64,000 nucleotides of DNA, from positions 3,607-67,606 of the forward strand of contig JBBQWG010000007.1 in assembly GCA_038210825.1 (NCBI GenBank), written 5' to 3'. The stretch comes from Verrucomicrobiales bacterium. Its GTDB lineage: Bacteria > Verrucomicrobiota > Verrucomicrobiia > Verrucomicrobiales > V1-33. The position numbers and the translations under genes were made by a program. The notes under the pieces are model-generated. The model was not told where the DNA came from. It saw only the letters and a list, made by a program, of their open reading frames with translations, and made no database searches. Positions 8,384-18,192 of this stretch are shown piece after piece. Numbering within the stretch: the first letter of the stretch is position 1; each line of letters starts with the position of its first letter.

Positions 8384-10720
8384 ATGCCGCTCCAGACGTT
8401 CCGCCATTATACCATTTGCCAGGACCACCAGGGCACCACGGTGGAAGTCTGGCGGAGCAATGATGAAGTTGCCTGCCTTGCCTTCGACAACAAATTGCGG
8501 CACTTTGTAGAACTGCACGTGGCCATTGGCCCCGCCGAGCGCCAGCGCGATACTGCCTCCTTCCAAAACCTCGTCCAGTTGGCCGCCCCCCTGCGCCACC
8601 CCCACCTGCTGGGCGTCATCGAGGGCGGTGAGGATGAAGGGGCCAACTATCACGTTTCTGAATACCTTGACGGGGAAAGGCTTGATACCTGGCTTGCCCG
8701 ATGCCATCCGCTCCCGCCATGGCTCGCCCTGTTGGTAATCTGTCAGGTAGTAGAGGGGCTGGCCACCTTGGCCAGCCATCCCCGTCTGCTGGCCGGAGTC
8801 GAAGTCTTTCACGCCGGCCTGACCATGGCTGGTCCCCAACCCGAAGACCTCATCGTCAAGGTCTGCGACCTCGGTCTGTCCGGAACCCTGCCCGCCAGCA
8901 CCGAACCCCGGTTTGTGGAAGCCCGGGCCATCCACGAAACCGGCCGACTGCTGCTTTACATGCTTACCGGCTCCCTCACAGCCGGCCCGGTCACGGCCAC
9001 AGACCTTGCAGGGCGCCAAATGCCTCCCGAACTCAGCTTCCTTCTCAACACCCTCTTCAACGCCAGCCAGCCCCATCATCCACGCACTCTGGAACAACTC
9101 CGGACTCTAACAGAGCGCTGTCTCCATGATCTTTCGCCGGAGGTGCTCACCCGCCCCGAACTTTTGCCCGCGGCCTACCGCCCCCGTCTTCCTTTGGCCC
9201 TGCACATGCCCGACCCGGCCGGCTTCGCCGATCTCATCAGCAACGATTACACTCTTGATCCGCGTCCTTTTGATGCCGCCGACCCCTACCGCCACCGCGG
9301 CACCGAGCGGGCCACCCGCCGTGCCGTCAATGTCCAGCTTCTGCCTCCTGCCAATCTGCTGCCCGCTGAATTCTGTCAGCCGCTGATCGACAAAGCATGG
9401 ACAGCCCTCACCGCCAAAGGCCCCTCTGCTTCAGAAACGGACGTCATGGGACCCCACCCCCATCTGCTCGCCCCACTGGCATGGCATCCGGAACTCCCCG
9501 CTCCCCTGGTGGTCGAGGAACTCCCTGGCAAATTCAATCTCGGGACCCTGCGCCGCCTCCGTCACCCCATGGAGCCCGTGGAGGTGCTCCTGATTCTGGA
9601 TCAGCTGAAGGAAGCCGCGTCCGCTGCCGAAGCCCGGGGCCTGACGCTGCACTGGCGGGACCCCCGCCTGATCCCGTTGCAGTTCGTTGCCAGGGGCGGC
9701 GAATCCTCGCTGCCTCCACCGGCCCAGTTGGCGCGCCAGCCCCTCACTGCATGGCCCCCGTTCCTGCTGAAGGTGCGCACCTGGCCTACCACCCTCGATT
9801 TTAGCCAGCCTGACCGATTTTTTCTGGAACGCCTCTTGCCCCGCGATCCAGCCCTGAGCGGCGATCCCCCGGTCCTGCGTCCCGGAGCCTGCCCCACGCC
9901 AGGGGTGCGGGACTTCGCCCTCCTCGCCACATGGCTGCTTGGAGGGACACCCCGCGTTCCAGACTTGTTCAAGCCGCTGCTCTTTGCCGCCATCAGTGCC
10001 CGGGGTCCAGGACCGGGCAGCCTCACGGATTTTCTCGACCGCTTGCATCAACGGCTGGGCAGCCCCCCCTCTACTTCCACCGGACCGCTGCCCATGACCG
10101 GATCAGATCAGCCTGCCATCCCTGTCCTTACCTTGGGCAAATCCAAAGCCAAAAGCCGGCTCAAGACCTCCCCGGTTCCCGTTCCTTCCGCTCCATCCGC
10201 ACGCCATTCTTCCCTCACCGGACCAGAATCGGAACAATTTGGCCCTCTCACGGTCGCGCCCCTTTACCCCCGGGCCGCCGACAACTCCAAGGCTCCCCAT
10301 GCCCGTTCCCTGACGGAAACCCCTGACGCATTTCCTCTGGGCCGCGATGCCCCTCCCAATGAAGACGAGCTGCCCGTCCTTGGTTTCGCGGAAGCGCTTT
10401 TTGGCGGTTCCACGGAGTCGACGCAAGAGCCCTCCAGACCGGATTGGCCGGACTCCCGGGAAGTGCTGCCGGTTTGGCCGGCGTTTGCCGGGGATGACCC
10501 ATCTCATGATCCCTACGCGCCTTATTCGGAAGGCAACATTGCCCAAGCGCCCCTTGGATTCATGGAAGCCGCTGGTCAGGCCACCCCATGGGATCCGGAT
10601 CAGGAACCCGCGCACCACCCCGTCAGCCGGGGTAAATTGGTCCTTCTGGTCGTCGTGATCGCGGCCGTTATTGCCGCATTGATGGCTCACTTTTCCGGAC
10701 AAGCCATCTGGCTGCAATAG
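8384..10720 (+). CDS. tail-anchored protein with N-terminal degenerate Ser/Thr-kinase-like (pseudokinase) domain
   Basis: Kinase-fold-like N-lobe/hinge (LRHPHLLGVIEGGEDEGANYHVSEYLDGERLDTWL). The HRD catalytic loop is replaced by LLAGVEVFHAGL and DFG by DLG (VKVCDLGLS). No GxGxxG. Long Pro-rich middle, C-terminal TM LVLLVVVIAAVIAALMAHF. Confidence 0.7.
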   Translation: MPLQTFRHYTICQDHQGTTVEVWRSNDEVACLAFDNKLRHFVELHVAIGPAERQRDTASFQNLVQLAAPLRHPHLLGVIEGGEDEGANYHVSEYLDGERLDTWLARCHPLPPWLALLVICQVVEGLATLASHPRLLAGVEVFHAGLTMAGPQPEDLIVKVCDLGLSGTLPASTEPRFVEARAIHETGRLLLYMLTGSLTAGPVTATDLAGRQMPPELSFLLNTLFNASQPHHPRTLEQLRTLTERCLHDLSPEVLTRPELLPAAYRPRLPLALHMPDPAGFADLISNDYTLDPRPFDAADPYRHRGTERATRRAVNVQLLPPANLLPAEFCQPLIDKAWTALTAKGPSASETDVMGPHPHLLAPLAWHPELPAPLVVEELPGKFNLGTLRRLRHPMEPVEVLLILDQLKEAASAAEARGLTLHWRDPRLIPLQFVARGGESSLPPPAQLARQPLTAWPPFLLKVRTWPTTLDFSQPDRFFLERLLPRDPALSGDPPVLRPGACPTPGVRDFALLATWLLGGTPRVPDLFKPLLFAAISARGPGPGSLTDFLDRLHQRLGSPPSTSTGPLPMTGSDQPAIPVLTLGKSKAKSRLKTSPVPVPSAPSARHSSLTGPESEQFGPLTVAPLYPRAADNSKAPHARSLTETPDAFPLGRDAPPNEDELPVLGFAEALFGGSTESTQEPSRPDWPDSREVLPVWPAFAGDDPSHDPYAPYSEGNIAQAPLGFMEAAGQATPWDPDQEPAHHPVSRGKLVLLVVVIAAVIAALMAHFSGQAIWLQ

Positions 10721-10866
10721 GCGGCTGGATTTCTGCGGTCAGTTTCCGGAACGGGCCGCACCACCGTCAGCTTTCCTTCCGGTGTGTCCGCTTGCGCGGA
10801 CCGGAAACTTCACGGCAAGAGTAGTGGAAAATCCGGAACGCCCTTCCGGCACCTTCTCCCCTGATT

Positions 10867-12117
10867 ATGTCCGATCCCCTCCGGCGTCCGCTTGTTCCAT
10901 TCCGTGGTTTTTTGATGGTTGCGGTGGCCGCTGCTGCTTTGGGCGCAGGTGTCACTGCGGCATGGCTGCGCCATACTCCCGACGGCTCCTCCGGACTGGC
11001 TGACTTGCCCGCTACCGGCACGGACCAGGCCGCCTCCGTTCCTAACAATATTCCACCCTGGGGTGAACTGCACAAAGTGCCCATGCTGACAGAAAAACCG
11101 GATGAATTTATCCACGAACCCGCCCTGACCGCAGCACCGGTGCGCTGGCATTTTGCCGGTTTGAGTCCTGACGGAACCCGCCAGGTCCTGCTGTATCATG
11201 GCCTCTGCGCTGCCGATGCCGCAGTCCTGATGCAGCCGGACCGCTGCGAGGGGAAGGAAGGCAGCACCACCCTGACGGTGCCGGATGAATTGGTTTTCCG
11301 TCTCGGCACCGCCCAGCGCCAAAAGTTATATCCCCTCCTGGGCCGGAACACCCGCAACGAGTATCAACAATACCCCTTCACCTTCCTGAAAGACCGGACC
11401 GCCGGCATTCTCGCGCCTCATCTCCAACCGGAGACGCTGGCCCTCGTGCTGGACCGGATGTATCGCATCGGCAATTCGGATTGTTTTGCCGACCTCGGAC
11501 CCGTGCTGCGCCGCATCCCCGACCCACACCAACGGGTCCGCCTCATCAAATGCCTGACCCGTCAGGAAACCCTGCTGCTCAAAGTCCAGATCCGTGAGGA
11601 CAGCGATATCGATTCCCTCGTCTCGTGGTGGGCCAAAGGCAGCCGTCGCAAGGACCTGCGCTCGCTGCTGCAATCCCTCGCCACCATACCCGGGGGAGCC
11701 ATCATTGATGTGGCCCACCTGATGCCCGGCTTTCCCCGCCTGCGCCTCTACACCTACCCCGGGCCGGCCCCGGATGGCCAGCAGGGATTCGACTGCCACT
11801 ACTCCTGCCTGAATTTCTTCCGCAGTGAACCCGACGACGCCTTCCTCGACCCCGAAAAGGCCGCCGCCGCCATCCTGACCGATTACGAAAAGGTCACCGG
11901 CCCACAGGAATTCGGTGACCTCATCCTCCTGACCGGGGATGGCCAGAACATCATCCATTCCTGCGTTCATGTGGCCGAGGATGTGGTCTTCACCAAGAAT
12001 GGCCTCAACCAGATGCAGCCCTGGGTGTTGATGACCCTGGAACAGGTGGAGGCCGCCTATCCATCGGACAAACCGTGGGACCGACTCTTCTACCGGCTGA
12101 AGCAGCCGCCGCCGTGA
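10867..12117 (+). CDS. membrane-anchored hypothetical protein
   Basis: ATG start and N-terminal TM (FLMVAVAAAALGAGVTAAWL). Coding-like GC3 over a long ORF. No family recognised. Confidence 0.6.
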   Translation: MSDPLRRPLVPFRGFLMVAVAAAALGAGVTAAWLRHTPDGSSGLADLPATGTDQAASVPNNIPPWGELHKVPMLTEKPDEFIHEPALTAAPVRWHFAGLSPDGTRQVLLYHGLCAADAAVLMQPDRCEGKEGSTTLTVPDELVFRLGTAQRQKLYPLLGRNTRNEYQQYPFTFLKDRTAGILAPHLQPETLALVLDRMYRIGNSDCFADLGPVLRRIPDPHQRVRLIKCLTRQETLLLKVQIREDSDIDSLVSWWAKGSRRKDLRSLLQSLATIPGGAIIDVAHLMPGFPRLRLYTYPGPAPDGQQGFDCHYSCLNFFRSEPDDAFLDPEKAAAAILTDYEKVTGPQEFGDLILLTGDGQNIIHSCVHVAEDVVFTKNGLNQMQPWVLMTLEQVEAAYPSDKPWDRLFYRLKQPPP

Positions 12118-12229
12118 ACCGGAATTTATTTCCCTGCCGCCCTGAACCGGTTCCAGCGGCCGGTCAGGGAGGCATTTCCGTTATCGGCCGGGGCGGGAAG
12201 CCCTATCCAGCCGCTTCCCTGCCCGCTTG

Positions 12230-14842
12230 TCAGGCATCGGCCGCCACCGGTGCGATCCCCAGCAGCATCAGGACCGGCCGCCCCGCTTCCCTCGCCAGGG
12301 CAAGGTCCACCCGGAAACTGGCCAGCCAGTCATTCATGGCCTCCGGATCGACTAGCATCTGATCAACCCGCCACGACAGCCCGTCTTCGGAGCCCCTGAC
12401 AACCGTGTGGCGCGCATTCCGGGCTTCGGGGTCGAGCATCACCCGTTCATGGTTCCCGTAATAGCCTTCCATCAGCTGCGCCAAAGCGTCAGGCGACCAG
12501 GGAGGCAGGGCGCCCGGCGCGGCATCCGGAGGTGTCAGGGCACCGGCGGCGTCAGCATACCGCTCTTCCGCCAGTGGGCGCAGGAATTGGAAAACCGCGG
12601 TGCGGATCAGGGCCGTGAGTTCCCGCCGGTTCCGGGTGATGTCTGCTTTTTCCGGGGCGGCCAGCGCGGCATCCGCCGCGGTTTCCGCCGGGCGCCAGTT
12701 CGGATCGCGCAGGCGTTCCCATTCATCGAGCAGGCTGGAGTCCGTGCCGCGCAGCACCCCGGCCAACCAATCCTCCATTTCCTGGACCCCATCATTTTTA
12801 TAGGCCGGCGGCACGGTCTGCGCCAACACCTTGTAGATGCTGGAGATATGCCGCAGCAGCACGCCTTCCTGACGTTGCAGGTCATAGCGGTTGATGTAAC
12901 CCGCAAAGCTTTCGAAATCTTCATACATCTCCCGCACGATGCTCTTGGGCTGGATGTTGTCCTTGCCTACCCACGGATGCGCCGCAGCAAAGGCGTTGAA
13001 GGTATCATAGATAAAATCGCGTCCAGGCTTCGGATATTCCAGCTTTTCCAGCTCCGCGATGCGTTCATCGTATTCCACGCCTGCCGCCTTCATTTCATTC
13101 ATCTTTTCCGTCTTCAGCTTGTCGAGCTGGCGGCGCAGAATAATGTCAGGATTTTCCACGATGGCTTCCACAAGGGACATCACCTCAAGGGGATACAGCG
13201 GCCCGTTTTGATCCAGCAGCGCCAGGGTATCGATCAGCCAGAGGGACAGGGCGTGATTGAGTGAGAAATCCTCCTGCAAATCGATCCCCAGCCGGAGTTT
13301 CGGCCCGCCGCCGCGGTATTCCTTCGGGATGATCTGGATGATTTTCCGTTCCACCAGGGAGCGGAACAACTGCCACGCCCGCTTGCGGTGCTGCTTTTTG
13401 GCCCCGGAGGATTCGTGACTGTCGGCGATCAGTTTTTGCATGGCCCGGCAGCCATCACCCGGCTGGCCCAGCACCTGCAATAACATGCCGTGGGTCACTT
13501 GGAATTTCGAACCCAGGGCCTCGGGCGCGGCCGCCTGGAGCTTTTTGAAGGTGTCCTCGTTCCACCCCACAAAGTTTGGCGGTGGCTGACGTTTGACCAG
13601 CTTCTTCAGCTTTTTGGCATCGCCTGCGGCCTTGGTTTCCTGCTTTTTGTTTTCCACCACATGTTCCGGGGCCATGGCGATGACATAACCGATATCGTCA
13701 AACCCCTTCCGTCCCGCCCGTCCGGTGATCTGGTGGAAATCCCGCGCGCTCAGGGTGCCGGTTTTTACTCCTCCAAATTTGGTCAGACGCGTCAGCACCA
13801 CCGTGCGGATGGGCACGTTGATGCCCACGCCAAGGGTGTCGGTGCCACAGATGATCTTCAACAAACCGCGCTGCGCCAGTTGTTCCATCAGCACCCGGTA
13901 GCGGGGCAGCAAGCCGGCATGATGCAGCCCGATGCCGTGCCGCAGGCAGCGTTTCACTTCCTTCCCATAAGGACTGTTGAAGGGCACCTCCACAATCGCT
14001 TCGGCAATGGCCGCCTTTTCCGCCGCCGTGCAATAGTTGACGCACAACAAAGTCTGTGCGGTTTCGGCGACATCGTTCTGCGTGAAATGCACCAGATAGA
14101 CCGGCGTCTGCTTCGCCTCCACCAGTTCCTGCACGAGACTGTCCAGCCCCTGGTCATCCACATAACGGAACTCCAGCGGCACCGGCCGCACGGTCGAGGA
14201 AATGACCGTCGAGCCCGCGCCTGTCAGCCGCGTGAGTTCCTTCTCAAAAAACGCCGTGGCTCCCAGCGTGGCTGACATCAGCAAAAAGCGGGACTTCGCC
14301 ATGGTGAGCAGCGGGACCTGCCAGGCCACCCCGCGCGCGGCATCGGAATAGTAGTGAAACTCGTCCATGATCACGTCCCGGAACGGAGCCTCCGCTCCCT
14401 GACTGAGCGCACAATTGGCCAATATCTCGGCCGTACAGCACAGGATCGGTGCGTCCCGGTTCACTGTGGCATCTCCGGTGGCCAGACCTACATTTTCTGC
14501 CCCGAAGTCCCGGCACAGCGCGAGAAACTTCTCATTCACGAGGGCCTTGATCGGACAGGTGTAAACCGACCGCTTCCCTTGTGCCATGGACTTGAAATGC
14601 ATCGCGGCAGCCACCAGCGATTTCCCTGAGCCGGTTGGCGTATTCAGAATGACATTTTTATCATCGAAAAGCTCCAAAATGGCTTCCTCCTGCGCCGGAT
14701 ACAGCTCCAGTTTTTTTTCTGCCACATACTCCAAAAACCGGTCCAACAGGTCTTCGCCCGGAACATCAGTTGTGAGCGGCAGGCGTTTGAGCAGAGGGTT
14801 TTCAGACATGGGAAAGGAAAGGAATTCACGGTCGGATTCCAT
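12230..14842 (-). CDS. DEAD/DEAH-box (Ski2-like) helicase with long C-terminal DUF3516-type extension
   Basis: Motif [10 protein letters not shown], motif II DEFHYY, SAT (MSATLG), motif [12 protein letters not shown]. About 400-aa helical C-terminal region. Confidence 0.9.
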   Translation of the reverse strand: MESDREFLSFPMSENPLLKRLPLTTDVPGEDLLDRFLEYVAEKKLELYPAQEEAILELFDDKNVILNTPTGSGKSLVAAAMHFKSMAQGKRSVYTCPIKALVNEKFLALCRDFGAENVGLATGDATVNRDAPILCCTAEILANCALSQGAEAPFRDVIMDEFHYYSDAARGVAWQVPLLTMAKSRFLLMSATLGATAFFEKELTRLTGAGSTVISSTVRPVPLEFRYVDDQGLDSLVQELVEAKQTPVYLVHFTQNDVAETAQTLLCVNYCTAAEKAAIAEAIVEVPFNSPYGKEVKRCLRHGIGLHHAGLLPRYRVLMEQLAQRGLLKIICGTDTLGVGINVPIRTVVLTRLTKFGGVKTGTLSARDFHQITGRAGRKGFDDIGYVIAMAPEHVVENKKQETKAAGDAKKLKKLVKRQPPPNFVGWNEDTFKKLQAAAPEALGSKFQVTHGMLLQVLGQPGDGCRAMQKLIADSHESSGAKKQHRKRAWQLFRSLVERKIIQIIPKEYRGGGPKLRLGIDLQEDFSLNHALSLWLIDTLALLDQNGPLYPLEVMSLVEAIVENPDIILRRQLDKLKTEKMNEMKAAGVEYDERIAELEKLEYPKPGRDFIYDTFNAFAAAHPWVGKDNIQPKSIVREMYEDFESFAGYINRYDLQRQEGVLLRHISSIYKVLAQTVPPAYKNDGVQEMEDWLAGVLRGTDSSLLDEWERLRDPNWRPAETAADAALAAPEKADITRNRRELTALIRTAVFQFLRPLAEERYADAAGALTPPDAAPGALPPWSPDALAQLMEGYYGNHERVMLDPEARNARHTVVRGSEDGLSWRVDQMLVDPEAMNDWLASFRVDLALAREAGRPVLMLLGIAPVAADA

Positions 14843-14932
14843 TCCGTAGCAAGGCCATCCTGGTCTTGAGCAGAGCCATGGTTCGCGATGCTTTTGGCTC
14901 CGTAGAAGACCAGAAAGCTGCGCAAGGCCGGG

Positions 14933-16438
14933 GTGTTGGTGGCTTGCCCGCAGCAGGAAGGCACCCTATTCTTGCCTGACACACCTCATGTTTTGCTCTC
15001 CCACGTGAAAAATTTCCTGATCATTGCTCTGGCCATTGCCTTGTTGGCCAGTCTGCTTTTTCCCCGCAGGACTCCGCCCCCTTCCCCAGGACCAACCCTG
15101 ACACCCCCGGAAGCGGTGGTCCTGTCGCCGCCAGTCTCACGCTACGCCGCCCTGGAGGCCGCTTTGGCCGGGGCGGCGCAGACGCCGGGCTTGACGGGCT
15201 CCGCCCTCGGATTCTGTCTGCTCGACGGGAAAGGCGATGTCGTGGTGGACCGGCTTGCGGAAACGGCCTTTATCCCCGCCTCCACTTTGAAGACTGTCAC
15301 CACTGCGACAGCCCTGCAACTACTGGGACCTGACTTCCGCTTTTCCACCAGAGTGATGGCTACCGCCCCCGTCACGGATGGGCTCCTGGAGGGTGATCTC
15401 GTGATCACAGGCGAAGGCGACCCACTGCTTTCCCTGACCGATCTCGCACAGTGGGCTGCCCTCCTCAAGGAAATGGGCCTGTTGGAAGTGACAGGCCGCA
15501 TCATCGGCGACGGCAGGTATTTCGAGGGTTCTCTCTTCGACGATTTTTGGAACTGGGGCGACGTCGGAAATGGTTATGGCAGCGCCGTCAGTGGCTTGAA
15601 TCTGGAGCATAACCGGTTCGCGGTCACCTTTCTGGGGGCGGAAAACGAAGGGGAACCAGCACTGGTTTCCAGCCTGCTGCCGGAAATGCCGGCGGTGACG
15701 ATTGTCAGCGAAGTCACCACCGGCCGGGAAGACTCCGGCGACGAGGTGGTCATTTACGGCGGCGAGCGCACCGGCTTAATTACCCTGCGCGGCACCGTGC
15801 CTGCAGGCAAGGAAACCGTCATTACGGGCGCGGTGCCGGACCCCGAACATTTCGCCGCATGGCATTTCCAGAAAGCCCTGCAGGAAGCAGGCATCTCCGT
15901 GCTGGGACCCGCCACCGCCGTGACGGGTCTCGATGCAAATCCGCTTCCGGACATGGTGGAATTGCTTTCCCATCAATCCCCGCCCCTGCTGGAACTGATC
16001 ACCAGCATCCATGCCACCTCCGACAATCACGAAACCGAATGTCTCTTCCGCAAGATGGGCCTGCTGGCGGGTCAGCGTCCTGACGAATTGATCCGCGGAC
16101 ACTGGAAAACCCAGGGGCTCGATTTCATCGGCCTGCGCATGGAGGACGGCAGCGGCCTCGCCCGGGCCGATCACATCCGGCCGCTTGATCTGGCCCGGCT
16201 CCAATTCCTCGCCGCCAAGGGCCCGCACGGCGAAGCTTATCAGGCCTCGCTCCTCTCCCAGGGTCCGCTGCGCTGGAAAGGCGGGGCCATGTCCAGCATC
16301 CGGGCCTACACCGGCTATATCACTTCGGCCGGGGGCGAGGTGTTTTGCTTCGCGCTCATGGCGAATCACTACAGCGACAGCAAGGCCGTGAGCCGGTTGC
16401 GGGAGGAACTGGTGGAACTGGTCAGCAGACTTAAATAG
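14933..16438 (+). CDS. dacB: D-alanyl-D-alanine carboxypeptidase/endopeptidase, PBP4 (peptidase S13) family
   Basis: SxxK (PASTLKTVT), SxN (TSDNHETE), DGSGLAR, and a KTG-like KGGAMSS. Start uncertain: GTG at 14933, or GTG at 15005 giving the anchor [19 protein letters not shown]. Confidence 0.88.
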   Translation: MLVACPQQEGTLFLPDTPHVLLSHVKNFLIIALAIALLASLLFPRRTPPPSPGPTLTPPEAVVLSPPVSRYAALEAALAGAAQTPGLTGSALGFCLLDGKGDVVVDRLAETAFIPASTLKTVTTATALQLLGPDFRFSTRVMATAPVTDGLLEGDLVITGEGDPLLSLTDLAQWAALLKEMGLLEVTGRIIGDGRYFEGSLFDDFWNWGDVGNGYGSAVSGLNLEHNRFAVTFLGAENEGEPALVSSLLPEMPAVTIVSEVTTGREDSGDEVVIYGGERTGLITLRGTVPAGKETVITGAVPDPEHFAAWHFQKALQEAGISVLGPATAVTGLDANPLPDMVELLSHQSPPLLELITSIHATSDNHETECLFRKMGLLAGQRPDELIRGHWKTQGLDFIGLRMEDGSGLARADHIRPLDLARLQFLAAKGPHGEAYQASLLSQGPLRWKGGAMSSIRAYTGYITSAGGEVFCFALMANHYSDSKAVSRLREELVELVSRLK

Positions 16439-16463
16439 CATGAGGATCGGATGGCTATTGGCT

Positions 16464-16856
16464 TCACTGCAAACCGCCTACCAAACCATAGAGCACCATC
16501 CAAACGCCAAGAATCCAGCCGGAGACAACGAACGCGGCGTGCCCAAGTCTCGTTTTCAGGAAAACGGTGCGCTCGCAAAGTCCCGCGATCGTCAGCGCCG
16601 GAACCAGCAAAACCGTGACCAAAGCCATACATGCGCTGATTAAAAAAATCAGGTTCACCGGCGGATCCATTTTCGAGATCAAAAAAGCTATCGAGGGAAA
16701 GAGTGCACTAATCAAAATACTGATTACGGCAATCACAACTTTTCCACGCCGGTAACCCGCCTCGAAAACCATTGCCGCAACACAACAAACCAGACTGCCA
16801 AATCCGCCCAGCAGAACAATTTCAGAAGTTGTCAGCAATTTCGACATTGGGATCAT
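16464..16856 (-). CDS. integral membrane protein, hypothetical (4 TM)
   Basis: 130-aa ORF with an ATG start 1 nt after the stop of the upstream GNAT gene. Four hydrophobic helices. Lower-GC gene. Confidence 0.55.
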   Translation of the reverse strand: MIPMSKLLTTSEIVLLGGFGSLVCCVAAMVFEAGYRRGKVVIAVISILISALFPSIAFLISKMDPPVNLIFLISACMALVTVLLVPALTIAGLCERTVFLKTRLGHAAFVVSGWILGVWMVLYGLVGGLQ

Positions 16857-16857
16857 T

Positions 16858-17463
16858 TCACGCTAGCTCCTTCATCCAAAACGTCAACGCTTTCGGTGAC
16901 GCCTCCACTTCGCCAATTTCCTTCCAGGTGAATTCGGTCCGCAGGGTGGTTTTTGCAAATCCCCGTTTTATCCAGAACAAATCCAGCGGGACATACCCTT
17001 CCGGCCACAAGGGATGCGCGGCGGAGCGGTCCACGGCGCAGAAAGCGGCGTATTGGAAATCGGTCAGGCTACGGGCATAACGTTCGCGTTCCCGGAAAAA
17101 ATCGACCCCGATGCCCTGCCCCCGCCAAGCCGGAAGGAGCACGCTTTCGCCAAAGTAGAAAACGGTGGCAGGATCAATGCCGGCGGCTTGGAAGGGCGAT
17201 TTCACTTCATCCGTTTCTGCCGCCAGCGGAATGCCGGTCGAGATGCCCACCACTTCCCCGCAGGCTTTGGCCACCACAAACAGGCTCTCCGGCGTTTGGC
17301 TGTAGGTCTGAAGATAATCCCGCTCGTAGGCATCATCGCCTTCGTAGAGATAGGGCCATTCCCGGAACACCGCGATGCGCAGGCGGGCCGCATCCGGGAT
17401 GAAAGGCTGGATGGCACTGCCGGTGTGGCATGCGATCTCAATGTCAGGGGAACGTGCGGACAT
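16858..17463 (-). CDS. GNAT-family N-acetyltransferase
   Basis: VVGISTG...LLPAWRGQGIGVDFFRERERYA acetyl-CoA binding motif. ATG at 17463. Confidence 0.75.
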   Translation of the reverse strand: MSARSPDIEIACHTGSAIQPFIPDAARLRIAVFREWPYLYEGDDAYERDYLQTYSQTPESLFVVAKACGEVVGISTGIPLAAETDEVKSPFQAAGIDPATVFYFGESVLLPAWRGQGIGVDFFRERERYARSLTDFQYAAFCAVDRSAAHPLWPEGYVPLDLFWIKRGFAKTTLRTEFTWKEIGEVEASPKALTFWMKELA

Positions 17464-17502
17464 GGGAGGACGCTACCAACTTTGGGCGGCCTGTAAAGCA
17501 TC

Positions 17503-17651
17503 CCCGCCGGGAGCGCCGTGCGTCCCGCCGGCTCCTGAGCATCCGCAGAGCCTTTGTTACAGGGAGCCAGGGCAGTGAAAAGCCGGCGGGACGCACGGCG
17601 CTCCCAGCGGCAGCCGGCGGGACGCACGGCGCTCCCAGCGGCAGCCGGCGG
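17503..17651. repeat. REP-like intergenic element: one inverted plus 2.3 tandem direct copies of a 31-bp unit
   Basis: AGCCGGCGGGACGCACGGCGCTCCCAGCGGC at 17581-17611 and 17612-17642, partial copy 17643-17651. A perfect 24-nt reverse complement lies at 17509-17532. Confidence 0.75.
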
Positions 17652-17655
17652 AGCG

Positions 17656-18171
17656 TTAGAGGACTTCTGAGATGACGGCCTGTTCCTTGCGGGAGCCGGT
17701 TTCGAGGAAGAAGACTTCGCCCTCGCGGCGCTTCATCAACTGTTTTCCCAGAGGGGAAGCGGGAGTGATGACCGTGATTTCCAATCCCTCAAAAACCACC
17801 CCGGTCCCGCCGCCGCCTGGTCCCATGAAATACCCGACTGGTCCCTGGGACGCCTCAAGAAGAACGAGCGCCCCAACCGCCACCGGCAGCATGGCACTGA
17901 AGTCCTGGGGTGGCATTGCTTCCCATTCGGCGAGCGCGGTTTCCGTCTCCGCGACGCGGAAAGCGACGCCCCGGGCCAGATAGGAAGCTTCCAGATTCCG
18001 GGTGTCGTATTTGTTTTCGGCTTTGCTGTCAGGATCGGTGGCGGCGGACTGGGCCGCTTTGGCGGCGCGGGTAAAACCATCCAGTTCCGCACGCAGTGCG
18101 GCCAGGATCCGGGACCGTATGGCGGCTTTGTCCTCCGGCGTCATGGGTGTCTCGGGGCCTGATACCTCCAT
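17656..18171 (-). CDS. GreA/GreB-family transcription elongation factor-like protein
   Basis: N-terminal coiled-coil-like region and a C-terminal GreA/B-type domain (VITPASPLGKQLMKRREGEVFFL). Alternative ATG at 18144. Confidence 0.7.
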   Translation of the reverse strand: MEVSGPETPMTPEDKAAIRSRILAALRAELDGFTRAAKAAQSAATDPDSKAENKYDTRNLEASYLARGVAFRVAETETALAEWEAMPPQDFSAMLPVAVGALVLLEASQGPVGYFMGPGGGGTGVVFEGLEITVITPASPLGKQLMKRREGEVFFLETGSRKEQAVISEVL

Positions 18172-18192
18172 TGACCGCGCCGCAGCCGAAGC

